Shown: positions 20,465-30,724 of the stretch, in pieces | Position numbering within the stretch: the first letter of the stretch is position 1 | How the letters are laid out: every line of letters begins with the position of its first letter | Origin: Waterburya sp. | GTDB lineage: Bacteria; Cyanobacteriota; Cyanobacteriia; Cyanobacteriales; Xenococcaceae | Length of the DNA: 64,000 nt | Direction of reading: 5' to 3' | Assembly: GCA_965217895.1 (NCBI GenBank) | Contig: CBDCJV010000002.1 | Span: 3,104,001-3,168,000 of the forward strand | The notes under the pieces: model-generated | What the model was told of the DNA's origin: nothing | What the model saw: the letters and a program-made list of their open reading frames with translations, nothing else | Databases searched by the model: none | Program-made: the position numbers and the translations under genes

Positions 20465-21613
20465 ATGAAGACTTTACAAATAGGTATGGGCTGGTTTCCT
20501 GAAGAGTCAGGAGGACTAAACCGCTATTATTATGGTTCCAGTCGCCATTTACCAAAAGCTGGTGTAGACATTCAAGGGTTACTCACGGGATCTGAGCAAA
20601 TAGCAAATACTATTCAACAGCCGATTCAAATTTTTGCCCCTTCTGAAACCTCACTTTTGAATCGGTGGTGGGGAATTCGTAAATTAGTCAAGCAGTTAAA
20701 ATTGGCTGAATATGATGCAGTAGTGACACATTTTGCTCTCTATACTTTTCCTATTCTGAATCAAATCGGCGATCTGCCTCTGATATTCCATTTTCATGGT
20801 CCCTGGGCGTTGGAAAGTAATGCGGAGAACCAAAAAGCATTTAAAGTTAAGCTCAAAAAAACTCTCGAACAATTTGTCTATAGTCGAGCCACTAGTTTTA
20901 TTGTTCTTTCCCAAGCCTTTAAAAAAATCCTTCACGATCAATATGGTATTCCCCTGAATAAAATTCACGTTGTACCTGGAGGAGTAGATCTAGAGCAGTT
21001 TAAAATTTCAAGTTCTCGTATTGAAGCTAGAGCCGAACTGGGTTGGGAGCAGGAGCGAACAATTCTATTTTGTGTACGACGACTAAAAAAACGAATGGGT
21101 TTAGAAAATTTGATTCAGGCGATCGCTCGTGTTAAGAATCAACATCCAGATGTTTTATTGCATATTGGGGGAAAGGGTGCTTTAGCCGAAACATTGCAGA
21201 CACAGATAGCAGAATTAAATTTAACCAATCATGTCCGTTTGCTAGGCTATTTACCAGACGAACAGTTACCTACAGCTTATCGAGCAGCTAATTTTTCGGT
21301 AGTGCCAACTACTTCCTTTGAGGGATTTGGCTTAATTATCATTGAGTCTCTAGCGACAGGAACTCCAGTGTTAGGAACTCCTGTCGGCGGAATTCCCGAA
21401 ATTTTGCAGCCATTTTGTCGCGATCTATTATTTGAAGATACTTCTGTCGATAAGTTAACCCAAGGGATCGTAGAAGTACTATCCCAAAAACGACAGTTAC
21501 CCAGCAGTGAGGCTTGCCAGGCTTATGCCACCGATAACTTTAGTTGGTCGGTAATTGCACCACAAATCAGATCGGTTTACGAGCAGGTGATCGCTGATTT
21601 TCCTAGCCATTAA
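20465..21613 (+). CDS. GT4 family glycosyltransferase
   Basis: HFHGPW, VRRLKKRMG and EGFGLIIIES. Confidence 0.9.
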   Translation: MKTLQIGMGWFPEESGGLNRYYYGSSRHLPKAGVDIQGLLTGSEQIANTIQQPIQIFAPSETSLLNRWWGIRKLVKQLKLAEYDAVVTHFALYTFPILNQIGDLPLIFHFHGPWALESNAENQKAFKVKLKKTLEQFVYSRATSFIVLSQAFKKILHDQYGIPLNKIHVVPGGVDLEQFKISSSRIEARAELGWEQERTILFCVRRLKKRMGLENLIQAIARVKNQHPDVLLHIGGKGALAETLQTQIAELNLTNHVRLLGYLPDEQLPTAYRAANFSVVPTTSFEGFGLIIIESLATGTPVLGTPVGGIPEILQPFCRDLLFEDTSVDKLTQGIVEVLSQKRQLPSSEACQAYATDNFSWSVIAPQIRSVYEQVIADFPSH

Positions 21614-21645
21614 TTAGATTAAATATAAATCGAATTACGAATTGA

Positions 21646-22881
21646 ATGTCTTCACTATCTAAAATTTTAGTGCATCTTCACCGTCCACCATTGCCCACCG
21701 ATGGCGGAGATAAACAAAGGTTGATGGGAATGTTAAATTATTTGAGCGATCGCTCAAATAATTTGCTGGTGGATGGCTTTGGCGGAAATACTAAGGGCAG
21801 GGTGGAATGGACGAACAAAGATGCTACCCGAATGCAGTCTTATTTTCGCGATTTTCAATACTATCGAGGGGAAAACAATTTATTAGATTTTATTTACTCC
21901 CGCAGTAAAAGTTTTTACTATCAAAAGCTTTTGGGGCAACAGCTACCTATCGATACAGACTATTTTGCTCCACCCAACTACGTTCGGTATGTCAAAAAAT
22001 TGGTCGAACAAGGCAACTATGACTATATTTGGCTGAATTATATTGAATATGCTGCTCTGGCTACAGAAATTAAAAAATACTCCAAGATCGAGACATTAAT
22101 TGATATTCATGACCTTGGTTGTCAGGCGCGATTAGTTATCAACGATATTGAATATTTGCAAAAGCTCAAATTTGACTATCAACAAAACTTAGTTAAAGAA
22201 GCCAACCTCTTAAATAAATTCGACCGCATTATTGTTAATTCTCAACAAGAAATAGATATTCTTGACTCTTATATTCCAGAAGACAAATTAGTCCTTATTC
22301 CTCATTTACTCAGGGAGGCTGTCGATCTTAAAAATCTAGTTCCCTACGAGCAAAGAGAATTTGATTACGATCTGCTTTTTGTTGGTACTGGGCGCAGTCC
22401 TAATCTCAACGCTATGAATTTTTTCCTAAAAGAGATCTTTCCCTATATTGTCAGGCAAAAGCCAGATATGACATTGGCTTTGGTGGGTTCAATTAACAAA
22501 ATAATTCAAATTCCTAGCCAGCTATCTAAAAATGTTATTAGTCTTGGCTATGTCCAAGATCTATCTGCGATATATCTTCAGGCTAAAATAAATATTTGTC
22601 CGTTGCTCAAAGGTGCAGGTACAAAAGTCAAGTTACAGGAAGCTTTGGCTTACGCACTGCCAATTGTTACTACCCAGGTAGGAGCATCTGGTTTAAAGCT
22701 GGAAGATAATATCAATGCCTATATTGTTGATGACCCCGAAGTATTTGCAAGTAAGATATTAGCTTTGCTCGATAACGAAAAATTGCGCCAAAAACTTTCA
22801 ACCGCAGCTAGTTTAACCTTCCAAGAACACTATGCTAAAGAACGAATATATGAAAAACTAGATAACCTGTTGGGAATTTAA
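21646..22881 (+). CDS. GT4-like glycosyltransferase
   Basis: GAGTKVKLQEALAYALPIVTT motif. Confidence 0.85.
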   Translation: MSSLSKILVHLHRPPLPTDGGDKQRLMGMLNYLSDRSNNLLVDGFGGNTKGRVEWTNKDATRMQSYFRDFQYYRGENNLLDFIYSRSKSFYYQKLLGQQLPIDTDYFAPPNYVRYVKKLVEQGNYDYIWLNYIEYAALATEIKKYSKIETLIDIHDLGCQARLVINDIEYLQKLKFDYQQNLVKEANLLNKFDRIIVNSQQEIDILDSYIPEDKLVLIPHLLREAVDLKNLVPYEQREFDYDLLFVGTGRSPNLNAMNFFLKEIFPYIVRQKPDMTLALVGSINKIIQIPSQLSKNVISLGYVQDLSAIYLQAKINICPLLKGAGTKVKLQEALAYALPIVTTQVGASGLKLEDNINAYIVDDPEVFASKILALLDNEKLRQKLSTAASLTFQEHYAKERIYEKLDNLLGI

Positions 22882-22947
22882 TCGTACTTTATTGACTTTA
22901 GGTTTTTAATTTTTAATTTTTACTCGACGTTAATTCTTGTAAATACA

Positions 22948-23862
22948 ATGGGATATCAAGATATACACTGGAAAGTTGTTGATTATCAAGGTTATCAACT
23001 CAAAGATTCGGAATTATGGTTTCGGGGTCCTGAACCCAAAAAGCTTCAGCAAAATCAGTATTTCGTATGTCTTGGCGCGGCCCAAACATTTGGCTGTTTT
23101 TGTTCTCAGCCTTATCCTGCATTGTTAGAAGACAGTTTAGATTTCCCCGTCCTCAATCTGGGTTGTGGCGGTGCGGGTCCTTTGTTTTATTTACAAAATG
23201 AAGAACTGTGGAACTCAATTAACAATGCCAAATTTGCCATTATCCAAGTGATGTCGGGCAGGAGTGAGAGTAATTCTTTGTTTGATAGCGGTGGTTTGGA
23301 ATATTTGGTTAGGCGATCGGATGGCGAACAGCTTAGTGCTGAAAATGCCTATAGTCAACTGTTAGATCGTAATTATCCTCTAGGAAATATTCCTTCTATC
23401 AAAAGATGGACAAAAAAACTTTATTATTTTCGATCAAACAAACCTGTTAAAAACATTGTTGATGAAACTAGAAGTAACTGGGTAGAAAATTATCAAAAGT
23501 TGTTAGCTAAAATTACCGTACCCAAAATATTGCTTTGGTTTTCTAAAAGGCAGCCAGATTATCAAGAAAGATATTCTAGCTTGGCAAAATTGTTTGGAGA
23601 ATTTCCTCAGTTAATTAATCGAGAAATGGTCGATGCAATTAAAGTACTATGCGATGATTATGTAGAATGTATTAGCGATCGCGGTAGCCCCCAGCTATTA
23701 ATCAATCGCTTTACGGGAAAACCCACTACAATTGACCTTGCCGTCGATCCAGATCGCCCTGATGTTGGAGGAATTTGGACGCATAATACTTATTATCCTT
23801 CCCCTGAAATGCAAATAGACTCGGCTAATATACTCGAACCTATATGTAAAAAATATATTTAA
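22948..23862 (+). CDS. DUF6473-like protein (SGNH-like fold)
   Basis: FRGP, CLGAAQTFG, NLGCGGAGP and IQVMSGRS pattern. Confidence 0.55.
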   Translation: MGYQDIHWKVVDYQGYQLKDSELWFRGPEPKKLQQNQYFVCLGAAQTFGCFCSQPYPALLEDSLDFPVLNLGCGGAGPLFYLQNEELWNSINNAKFAIIQVMSGRSESNSLFDSGGLEYLVRRSDGEQLSAENAYSQLLDRNYPLGNIPSIKRWTKKLYYFRSNKPVKNIVDETRSNWVENYQKLLAKITVPKILLWFSKRQPDYQERYSSLAKLFGEFPQLINREMVDAIKVLCDDYVECISDRGSPQLLINRFTGKPTTIDLAVDPDRPDVGGIWTHNTYYPSPEMQIDSANILEPICKKYI

Positions 23863-23885
23863 AACTAATTCACATTCAGTCTAAA

Positions 23886-24821
23886 ATGAAACCAATTTTA
23901 GTCACGGGGGCAAATCGTTCGGGAACGACTTGGGTAGGCAAAATGCTGTCTTGTTCCGAGCGATTATTGCAGGTATGGGAACCGTTTAATTCTCTGATGC
24001 CTCCAGAATCTAAAATAGCTGGTGCTAATCCTTTTTCTCGTCAGTATCACTATGTTTTGCCCGCACAAACCCCCGCGGTCGAGAATTATCTCAATCGCAG
24101 AATTATCTCGGCTGCATATGTTACAGGTGAGCCTAATCAAAGCAATTTGCGTTTTTTAGGGAAGATTTTTGGCACTCTAAATAATCTTCTTGATTTAAAG
24201 CTCAATACCAAGCAAATTCTATTTAAAGATCCGATCGCTTTACTGTCTGCGGAGTGGTTAGCCCATAAATACAACGCCAGGGTAGTTATCTTAATCAGAC
24301 ATCCTGCTGCTTATGTCAATAGCATTAAGCGAGTCGATTGGGATATGTCTTTAGATGAGTTATGCGCTCAATCAGAATTTTTGGCAACTCTTCCCGCCTC
24401 TTTGGTAGCAGAAATTCGCGATCGCGTTAATTCAAAATCCACAGGTGATGGTTACAATTTAGAAGATGCCGCTTTAAGCTGGAAGGTTTTTCATCAGGTA
24501 ATTTATCAGTATCAACAGGCTCATCCCGACTGGATATTTGTCAAACACGAAGACCTTTGCAGAGACTTTGTTGGTGGTTTTAAAGACTTATATTCTCGGC
24601 TAGCTTTGCCCTGGAGTATAGAAGTTCAAGAAAAAATCGAACAATATTGCGATCGCTCAAAACAGCCCGAACTGGGTTCTCAAATACACATTCTTAACCG
24701 CAATTCTCGTTTAACATCCCAAGTTTGGAAACAAAGCCTAACTCTCCAAGAAATAAACCGAATTAAAGAAATTACCCAAAACGTAGCCGATCTATTTTAT
24801 GGTTCGGACTCTTGGAAGTAA
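23886..24821 (+). CDS. PAPS-dependent sulfotransferase
   Basis: 5'-PSB VTGANRSGTTW, WEPFN, FKDP and 3'-PB LIRHPAAYVNS. Confidence 0.85.
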   Translation: MKPILVTGANRSGTTWVGKMLSCSERLLQVWEPFNSLMPPESKIAGANPFSRQYHYVLPAQTPAVENYLNRRIISAAYVTGEPNQSNLRFLGKIFGTLNNLLDLKLNTKQILFKDPIALLSAEWLAHKYNARVVILIRHPAAYVNSIKRVDWDMSLDELCAQSEFLATLPASLVAEIRDRVNSKSTGDGYNLEDAALSWKVFHQVIYQYQQAHPDWIFVKHEDLCRDFVGGFKDLYSRLALPWSIEVQEKIEQYCDRSKQPELGSQIHILNRNSRLTSQVWKQSLTLQEINRIKEITQNVADLFYGSDSWK

Positions 24822-25074
24822 TCATTCTTGTTTTAATTACCTAAAGAAGCTCAATTTGCTCAATTTGTCGAACACAATCAGTTGACTGTGTCTAAAAGTT
24901 TTAGCAACATAACTTTTTTCTGGTATTGTAAATTTAAAGTACGGGACTTTAATAAAAATATTTATAGCTAATGGTTTTTGATCGCTATAGCGATCTTATT
25001 CAGTACCGCTTTTCCCTTTATATTATCGAGCTTAAATTTATAAAATATTTAGATATTAATAGTAAATATTGTTT

Positions 25075-25908
25075 ATGAAGCCTCTGTTGCAAAACCGTTT
25101 AATTATTGAGGCGGGTCGCTCGGAAAATCAGTATTGGAAAGACATTTGGCGTTACCGCGAACTCTTCTATTTCTTGGCTTGGCGCGATATTTTAGTCCGC
25201 TACAAGCAAACGGCGATTGGCGTGGCGTGGGCATTGATCAGACCCTTACTAACGATGATTGTCTTTACCGTCGTGTTTGGTAACATCGCCCAACTACCCT
25301 CTGAAGGCGTACCCTATCCTATTTTAGTATTTGCAGCCATGCTGCCCTGGCAATTTTTTGCCAATGCTTTGAGTGAATGTAGCAACAGCTTGTTGAGTAA
25401 TTCCAATCTTATTTCTAAAGTTTATTTTCCTCGTCTGATTGTCCCTGCTAGTGCGGTAATTGTTAGTTTTGTTGACTTTCTAATTTCAGGCATAATCATG
25501 CTGGCATTGATGGCATGGTACAACTATGTCCCTGACTGGCGAATCTTAACTTTGCCCTTCTTTATTGCGATCGCCTTTACCGCAGCTATCGGAGGAGGAT
25601 TATGGCTAGCTGCTTTAAACGTGCAGTATCGAGATTTTCGCTATATTGTGCCGTTTATCGTTCAATTTGGGCTTTACGTTTCTCCAGTAGGTTTTAGCAG
25701 CACCGTAGTTCCCGAAAAGTGGCGTTTCCTTTATTCACTCAACCCGATGGTAGGGGTTATTGATGGTTTTCGCTGGGCAATTTTGGGGGGAGATACCAAG
25801 CTTTTTTGGTCGGGATTTCTGTTATCGATGGCACTGGTAGCTTTTTTGCTTGTTAGCGGTATTTGGTATTTTCGCAAAATGGAACGAACTTTTGCTGACG
25901 TGATTTAG
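25075..25908 (+). CDS. wzm: Wzm ABC-2 polysaccharide export permease
   Basis: RDILVRYKQTAIG, KVYFPR, LNPM and FADVI C-terminus. Confidence 0.92.
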   Translation: MKPLLQNRLIIEAGRSENQYWKDIWRYRELFYFLAWRDILVRYKQTAIGVAWALIRPLLTMIVFTVVFGNIAQLPSEGVPYPILVFAAMLPWQFFANALSECSNSLLSNSNLISKVYFPRLIVPASAVIVSFVDFLISGIIMLALMAWYNYVPDWRILTLPFFIAIAFTAAIGGGLWLAALNVQYRDFRYIVPFIVQFGLYVSPVGFSSTVVPEKWRFLYSLNPMVGVIDGFRWAILGGDTKLFWSGFLLSMALVAFLLVSGIWYFRKMERTFADVI

Positions 25909-25921
25909 GAGGTTGAGCTAA

Positions 25922-27226
25922 ATGTCTAAAACTATTATTAGGGTTGAGAATTTAGGGAAGAAATACATCATCGGTCAAAATAACCAGCAAGGAACGCAAA
26001 CCTTGAGGGAGTCTTTGACTGCGGGGACAAAATCTCTCGGCAAAAAAATATTATCACCCCGCAAAAAACAACCCAACAAGGCAACTGAAGAATACTGGGC
26101 TTTAAAAGATATTTCTTTTGAGATCGAACAGGGTGAAATTGTTGGTTTTATCGGTCGTAATGGGGCGGGCAAGTCTACCTTGCTCAAAATTCTCAGCCGT
26201 ATTACCGAACCGACAACAGGGCGGATTACTCTTGATGGTAGGGTTGCCAGTCTTTTGGAGGTGGGGACTGGTTTTCATGGAGAACTGACGGGGAGAGAGA
26301 ATATCTATCTCAACGGGGCAATTTTAGGCATGGGCAAAACGGAAATTAAGTGCAAGTTTGATGAGATCGTGGCATTTTCGGAAGTAGAAAAGTTTCTCGA
26401 TACTCCTGTAAAACGCTACTCTTCGGGAATGTATGTAAGGTTGGCTTTTGCGGTAGCTGCTCATTTAGAACCCGAAATTTTGATTGTGGATGAAGTTCTA
26501 GCGGTAGGTGATGCAGCCTTTCAAAAGAAGTGTCTGGGTAAAATGGGAGATGTGGCAACCAAAGAAGGACGAACGGTATTGTTTGTCAGCCACAATATGA
26601 CCACGGTAAGAGCTTTATGTCAAAAAGCTTATTTACTCGATGGTGGTCAAATAAAGTATCAGGGGGTAACTTCAGGAGCAATTGATTTATATATGAAGTC
26701 AGTCAAATCATTGATGATGTCTGATGCTACTTCTTTAGAACAGCGGGGCGATCGCTCTGGAGACGGTAGCGCGATGTTGATTGGGGTTAAGGTAGAAGAT
26801 GCCGATGGCAAAGATATTATTCGCCCGAATAGTCGTCTAAAGGTGACAATTTACTATAAAAGCGATCGCCCTCTAGTTCGTCCTCATTTTTCAGCCACAA
26901 TTTATGATGATCACAAAGATGTAGGCATAGTTTCTTTGGATAGTGAGATTGTCGGTGGTATGGCCGCAACTCTACCACCACAAGGTGAAGTTACCTGTAT
27001 TACGGAGGCGATTAATCTTACTCCAGGAAGATGTTATCTCAATTTATCTCTACTCAAGGCAGGGGTAATGGCAGACTATGTTCGATATGCTACTTATTTT
27101 GATGTGGAAACAGAGGATATTTATGGCACAGGCAGGCTACCTGATCGCGACTGGGTATTGTGTTTGCGCCAGCAACAGTGGCTAGCAGAGGATGGAGGCG
27201 GTAATGAAACAGAAACAACTTCCTAG
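25922..27226 (+). CDS. wzt: Wzt ABC ATPase with C-terminal extension (Wzt_C-like)
   Basis: GRNGAGKST, YSSGM and VDEVLAVGD; about 170 aa beta-rich C-terminal domain. Confidence 0.92.
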   Translation: MSKTIIRVENLGKKYIIGQNNQQGTQTLRESLTAGTKSLGKKILSPRKKQPNKATEEYWALKDISFEIEQGEIVGFIGRNGAGKSTLLKILSRITEPTTGRITLDGRVASLLEVGTGFHGELTGRENIYLNGAILGMGKTEIKCKFDEIVAFSEVEKFLDTPVKRYSSGMYVRLAFAVAAHLEPEILIVDEVLAVGDAAFQKKCLGKMGDVATKEGRTVLFVSHNMTTVRALCQKAYLLDGGQIKYQGVTSGAIDLYMKSVKSLMMSDATSLEQRGDRSGDGSAMLIGVKVEDADGKDIIRPNSRLKVTIYYKSDRPLVRPHFSATIYDDHKDVGIVSLDSEIVGGMAATLPPQGEVTCITEAINLTPGRCYLNLSLLKAGVMADYVRYATYFDVETEDIYGTGRLPDRDWVLCLRQQQWLAEDGGGNETETTS

Positions 27227-28589
27227 TGATGAGCTGGCTTTCCATAGTCTGTCGTTTTGCGATTACAATGGCAGGCTTTTTAAATGGCAGGGAAACTTAT
27301 ATCGCGCTATTCCCACAGAACAGACTCCACTCTATCAAGATCTGTTTGAACGAGGTATCGTTGAGGACTTAGTAGCCAAAAAGTTATTAGTCGAAACTCA
27401 GCTTACTTCCCTAACGGTAGAGAACTATGACCTAATACTCGAACATCGGCGAATTGGGTTTGTATCTTATCCCAGAGAATGGTGTGACGAAATGCTCAAA
27501 GATGCTGCCTTATTACATCTCGATCTTTGTTTGGAACTCGATCGCCATAACCTTACTACTGCTGATGCTCATCCTCTGAATATTCTGTTTGATGGCTGCC
27601 AGCCAGTTTTTATTGACTTTGGTTCGATTGATTGCTTTAATATCGCTGATTCCTATTGGCTGTGGTCTCCTTACGAACAGTTTTGCAGTTGTTTTCTCAA
27701 TCCTTTGCGACTGATGGCTCAAGGTCAAGGAAGAATTGCCAGATGGTTATTGCACGATTACGAACGGGGTGTAACTTCTTCTGATGTCGAGGCTTTAAAT
27801 CCTCAACCGCGATCGCTTTTAACAAAAGTGAGAGAGAAGATTAACAGGTTCAAAACTAATATTCGCGATCGCACTAGATCTCTTTTATTTCCTTCAGTCA
27901 AACCCCTGACCTATCGGGATTTTTTAGAGCAAATTCATCAAGAAGTTGGCAGTATAAACTTACCCTCGATAACCGAATCTGAAGATCTAGTAAACTGGCA
28001 AAATCCCGAACCTTCTGGCTCACTCGATGCCAAACTTCTGACTGTTGACTCTCTTTTATCGACTATTCAACCTGATTCTGTACTAGAAATTGGCAATAAC
28101 TACAGCCAGGGTTCTTATAGTCAATTAGCTGCCGAAAAGTCTATCCCAGCAGTCTTTTTAACTGCTAAAGAAGGCTATGTTAAGCAGCTTTATCTCTACG
28201 GCAGAGAAAAACAGCTATCAATTCTGCCCTTAATCATGGATTTTGCCTCCCCCAGTTGCGATCTGGCTAACGCTTGGTTTGCGCCTGCTAGGGATCGCCT
28301 TAGCTGCGATCTGGTGTTGGCGATAGATTTAATTGACTGGTTAGTCTTTAAAAGATATCTTCCTTTTGACGCAATCATCGAACGGCTATCGACCTTTAGC
28401 AAACGCTGGCTTTTGATTGAGTTTACGATTAGGCAACCTCCTTATAGGGCTTCTTGGTCATCGGACGTGGCATCGAGGTTTTCTTGGTACGAGCTAGATA
28501 ATTTTGTCGATCTGTTGAATCAAAAGTTCTCTAAAGTCGAGGCTTTAAAACGCTTCCCCCATAGCGTATTGTTTTTATGTACAAAATGA
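27204..28589 (+). CDS. NoeA-like kinase-like domain + methyltransferase-fold protein (paralog A)
   Basis: SYPREW, DAHPLNILF and IDFGS; C-terminal VLEIG...ILPLIMD...CDLVLA; GGAGG upstream of ATG 27204. Confidence 0.7.
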   Translation: MKQKQLPSDELAFHSLSFCDYNGRLFKWQGNLYRAIPTEQTPLYQDLFERGIVEDLVAKKLLVETQLTSLTVENYDLILEHRRIGFVSYPREWCDEMLKDAALLHLDLCLELDRHNLTTADAHPLNILFDGCQPVFIDFGSIDCFNIADSYWLWSPYEQFCSCFLNPLRLMAQGQGRIARWLLHDYERGVTSSDVEALNPQPRSLLTKVREKINRFKTNIRDRTRSLLFPSVKPLTYRDFLEQIHQEVGSINLPSITESEDLVNWQNPEPSGSLDAKLLTVDSLLSTIQPDSVLEIGNNYSQGSYSQLAAEKSIPAVFLTAKEGYVKQLYLYGREKQLSILPLIMDFASPSCDLANAWFAPARDRLSCDLVLAIDLIDWLVFKRYLPFDAIIERLSTFSKRWLLIEFTIRQPPYRASWSSDVASRFSWYELDNFVDLLNQKFSKVEALKRFPHSVLFLCTK

Positions 28590-28590
28590 A

Positions 28591-30006
28591 ATGATGAGCG
28601 TTAAGAAAATCCCCCTCACCGAAATAAATTTTCACCCTACTTCTTTTTGCGATCGCAATGGCAGGGTATTCTGGTGGCAGGGAGAACTATATCGGGGTAT
28701 TACTCCAGAACGAGTCGCTTTTTACCAAAATTTCTTTAGTAGCGGCATCGCCCACCAACTGATTGAGCAAAAACTTCTGGTGGCAACTGAGCTTACCGAG
28801 CTAACTTCTAGCAACTATCCTTTGATTTTAAAACACCAGCGGATTCCCTTCGTTTCCTATGTCAATGAGTGGTGTCCCGCAATGCTCAAAGATTCTGCTT
28901 GGTGCATCACAGAGCTAATGCTAGAGCTAACCAAAGAAGATTTAACCCTGTCAGATCTTTGCACTTTCGATCTGATGTTTGATGGCTGCCATCCCGTTTA
29001 TGTCGATTATGGTTCTTTAGAAGATGCCGACCAAAAAAGCGATCGCATTTGGCAAAGATATCATCATGACTTTCGTACCTATTTTATCGAGCCACTAAAA
29101 TTAATGTCTCAAGGTTACGGAAACCTGGCTCGCTGGATTGTGGCTGACTACGATCTAGACATCATTGAGGAATATCTTGCTTTAATGTCAAGTCGGCAAA
29201 CAAAAGGTTCTTTAAAACAGCAGATAAAAGGCAAAATCATCAGCGTAGGCAAAAACATTGCCCCTCGAATTCCTAAAGTTATTTATCCCCAGTTAAAATC
29301 ATGGGCAGATATGCTGCGCCTACCCAACGGTCAATTATCTGGGACTGATTTGGTACATCAGCTATGGCAAGAATTAGATAGTATTCCCCTCGACAATCCA
29401 GTAGAAGGGCAACAAGAAAACTATCCGTTGTTAAATCCTGCCTCAGATTGGACTCAAAAACAAATTGACGTACATAAAATATTATTAGATTTGCATCCCA
29501 ATACCGTTTTAGATCTTGGTAGTGGTGCAGGGTGGTATTCCTTCTTAGCAGCTAGTTTGGGTAGCAAAGTCGTAGCGGTAGACATTAATGAACAAAAAGT
29601 TACCCAGTGCTATCGAGAGGCTTCGAGACAGAATTTATCAGTTTTGCCTTTAGTTATGAATCTGCGAGATCCTTCCCCTGGTCGTGGGGTATGCAACAAA
29701 GTAGTTACCCCAGCCTTTGAACGTCTCAACTGCGAATTGGTTTTAGCTCTAGGTTTAGTTCACCAATTAGTTTTTGAACAATATATTAACCTCGAACAGA
29801 TTAGCGAAACTTTTGCTGCTTTTGCTCGACGTTGGCTGGTGGTTGAATTTTACACCAGGGAAACGCCTGAAATTAAACTATTGTCGGACTGGCATTCTGG
29901 GTATTCTTGGGAAATTTTTCAGCAGATACTAACCAAGCATTTTGACCAGGTTACAGTTATTTCTCCACCCTCTCAACCAAAAGTTTTAATGTTATGCGAA
30001 AAATAA
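28591..30006 (+). CDS. NoeA-like kinase-like domain + class I SAM methyltransferase (paralog B)
   Basis: SYVNEW, VDYGS; VLDLGSGAG SAM motif I, VVAVD, PSPGRG, ALGLVH. Confidence 0.75.
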   Translation: MMSVKKIPLTEINFHPTSFCDRNGRVFWWQGELYRGITPERVAFYQNFFSSGIAHQLIEQKLLVATELTELTSSNYPLILKHQRIPFVSYVNEWCPAMLKDSAWCITELMLELTKEDLTLSDLCTFDLMFDGCHPVYVDYGSLEDADQKSDRIWQRYHHDFRTYFIEPLKLMSQGYGNLARWIVADYDLDIIEEYLALMSSRQTKGSLKQQIKGKIISVGKNIAPRIPKVIYPQLKSWADMLRLPNGQLSGTDLVHQLWQELDSIPLDNPVEGQQENYPLLNPASDWTQKQIDVHKILLDLHPNTVLDLGSGAGWYSFLAASLGSKVVAVDINEQKVTQCYREASRQNLSVLPLVMNLRDPSPGRGVCNKVVTPAFERLNCELVLALGLVHQLVFEQYINLEQISETFAAFARRWLVVEFYTRETPEIKLLSDWHSGYSWEIFQQILTKHFDQVTVISPPSQPKVLMLCEK

Positions 30007-30053
30007 ACAACGGTTGACGAATATTAATTTTCTAGTTAAGTAAAGCAATTTAA

Positions 30054-30469
30054 ATGCACGATAAAATTTCAGCCTCGACGATCTCAGACAAAGACAAATT
30101 TTTTCAAAAAACAAAAAATCTCATTAAACGAGTGGGTAGTGTCCTGTTAACTATCAAAACTCGACAATGGCTGAGAAATCAGTGGCAATATAAACACAGT
30201 CCCCCTGTAGGTTGGGTGCGGTTTGGTAATTTGAGAAGATTGAGTCCAATCAATCCAGTGTGGCTCAATTACCGCGGTCTTCCTATCGACCGCTATTATA
30301 ATTGAAAATTTCCTTGATCGCTCTAGTAAAGACATTCAAGGACGGGTGTTAGAAGTAGGAGATGCTAGCTATACCCAAAGATTTGGTAGCGATCGCGTAA
30401 CCAAAAGCGATATACTCCACTCCCCAGTCGGGGAGATCGGTTCATCGGTTACGATTGTGGCAGATTTGA
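30054..30469 (+). pseudogene. Truncated SAM-dependent methyltransferase
   Basis: RGLPIDRYY, then +1 frameshift at about 30300 to IENFLDRSSKDIQGRVLEVGDASYTQRFGSDRVTKSDILH...TIVADL, cut by IS end at 30470. Confidence 0.8.
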
Positions 30470-30724
30470 GATAGTGTTGCGAAAATAAAAAGTAAAGGTA
30501 AAAAGTCAAGATAAGCCCTGGATTAATCTTAAAATTTAGACAGCTATCCCAAAGATGAAATGAATAAATTTGATTTGACCTAAGACATCACCCCTCGCCA
30601 CATTTTTGATTTGACCTTTACGAATCATATTCATCGATTCATATCCTGAGATGGTTCGTTTGGCACTCCAAAATTCCCGAAAATGTTGGCGGGCGATCGC
30701 CCGAGCTTTGGTGTAGCGATGGTC
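30470..30724 (-). mobile_element. IS6 family relic (3' end of transposase + right IR)
   Basis: Minus strand 30724-30536 reads DHRYTKARAIARQHFREFWSAKRTISGYESMNMIRKGQIK...FGIAV*; IR GATAGTGTTGCGAAAA at 30470. Confidence 0.85.
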
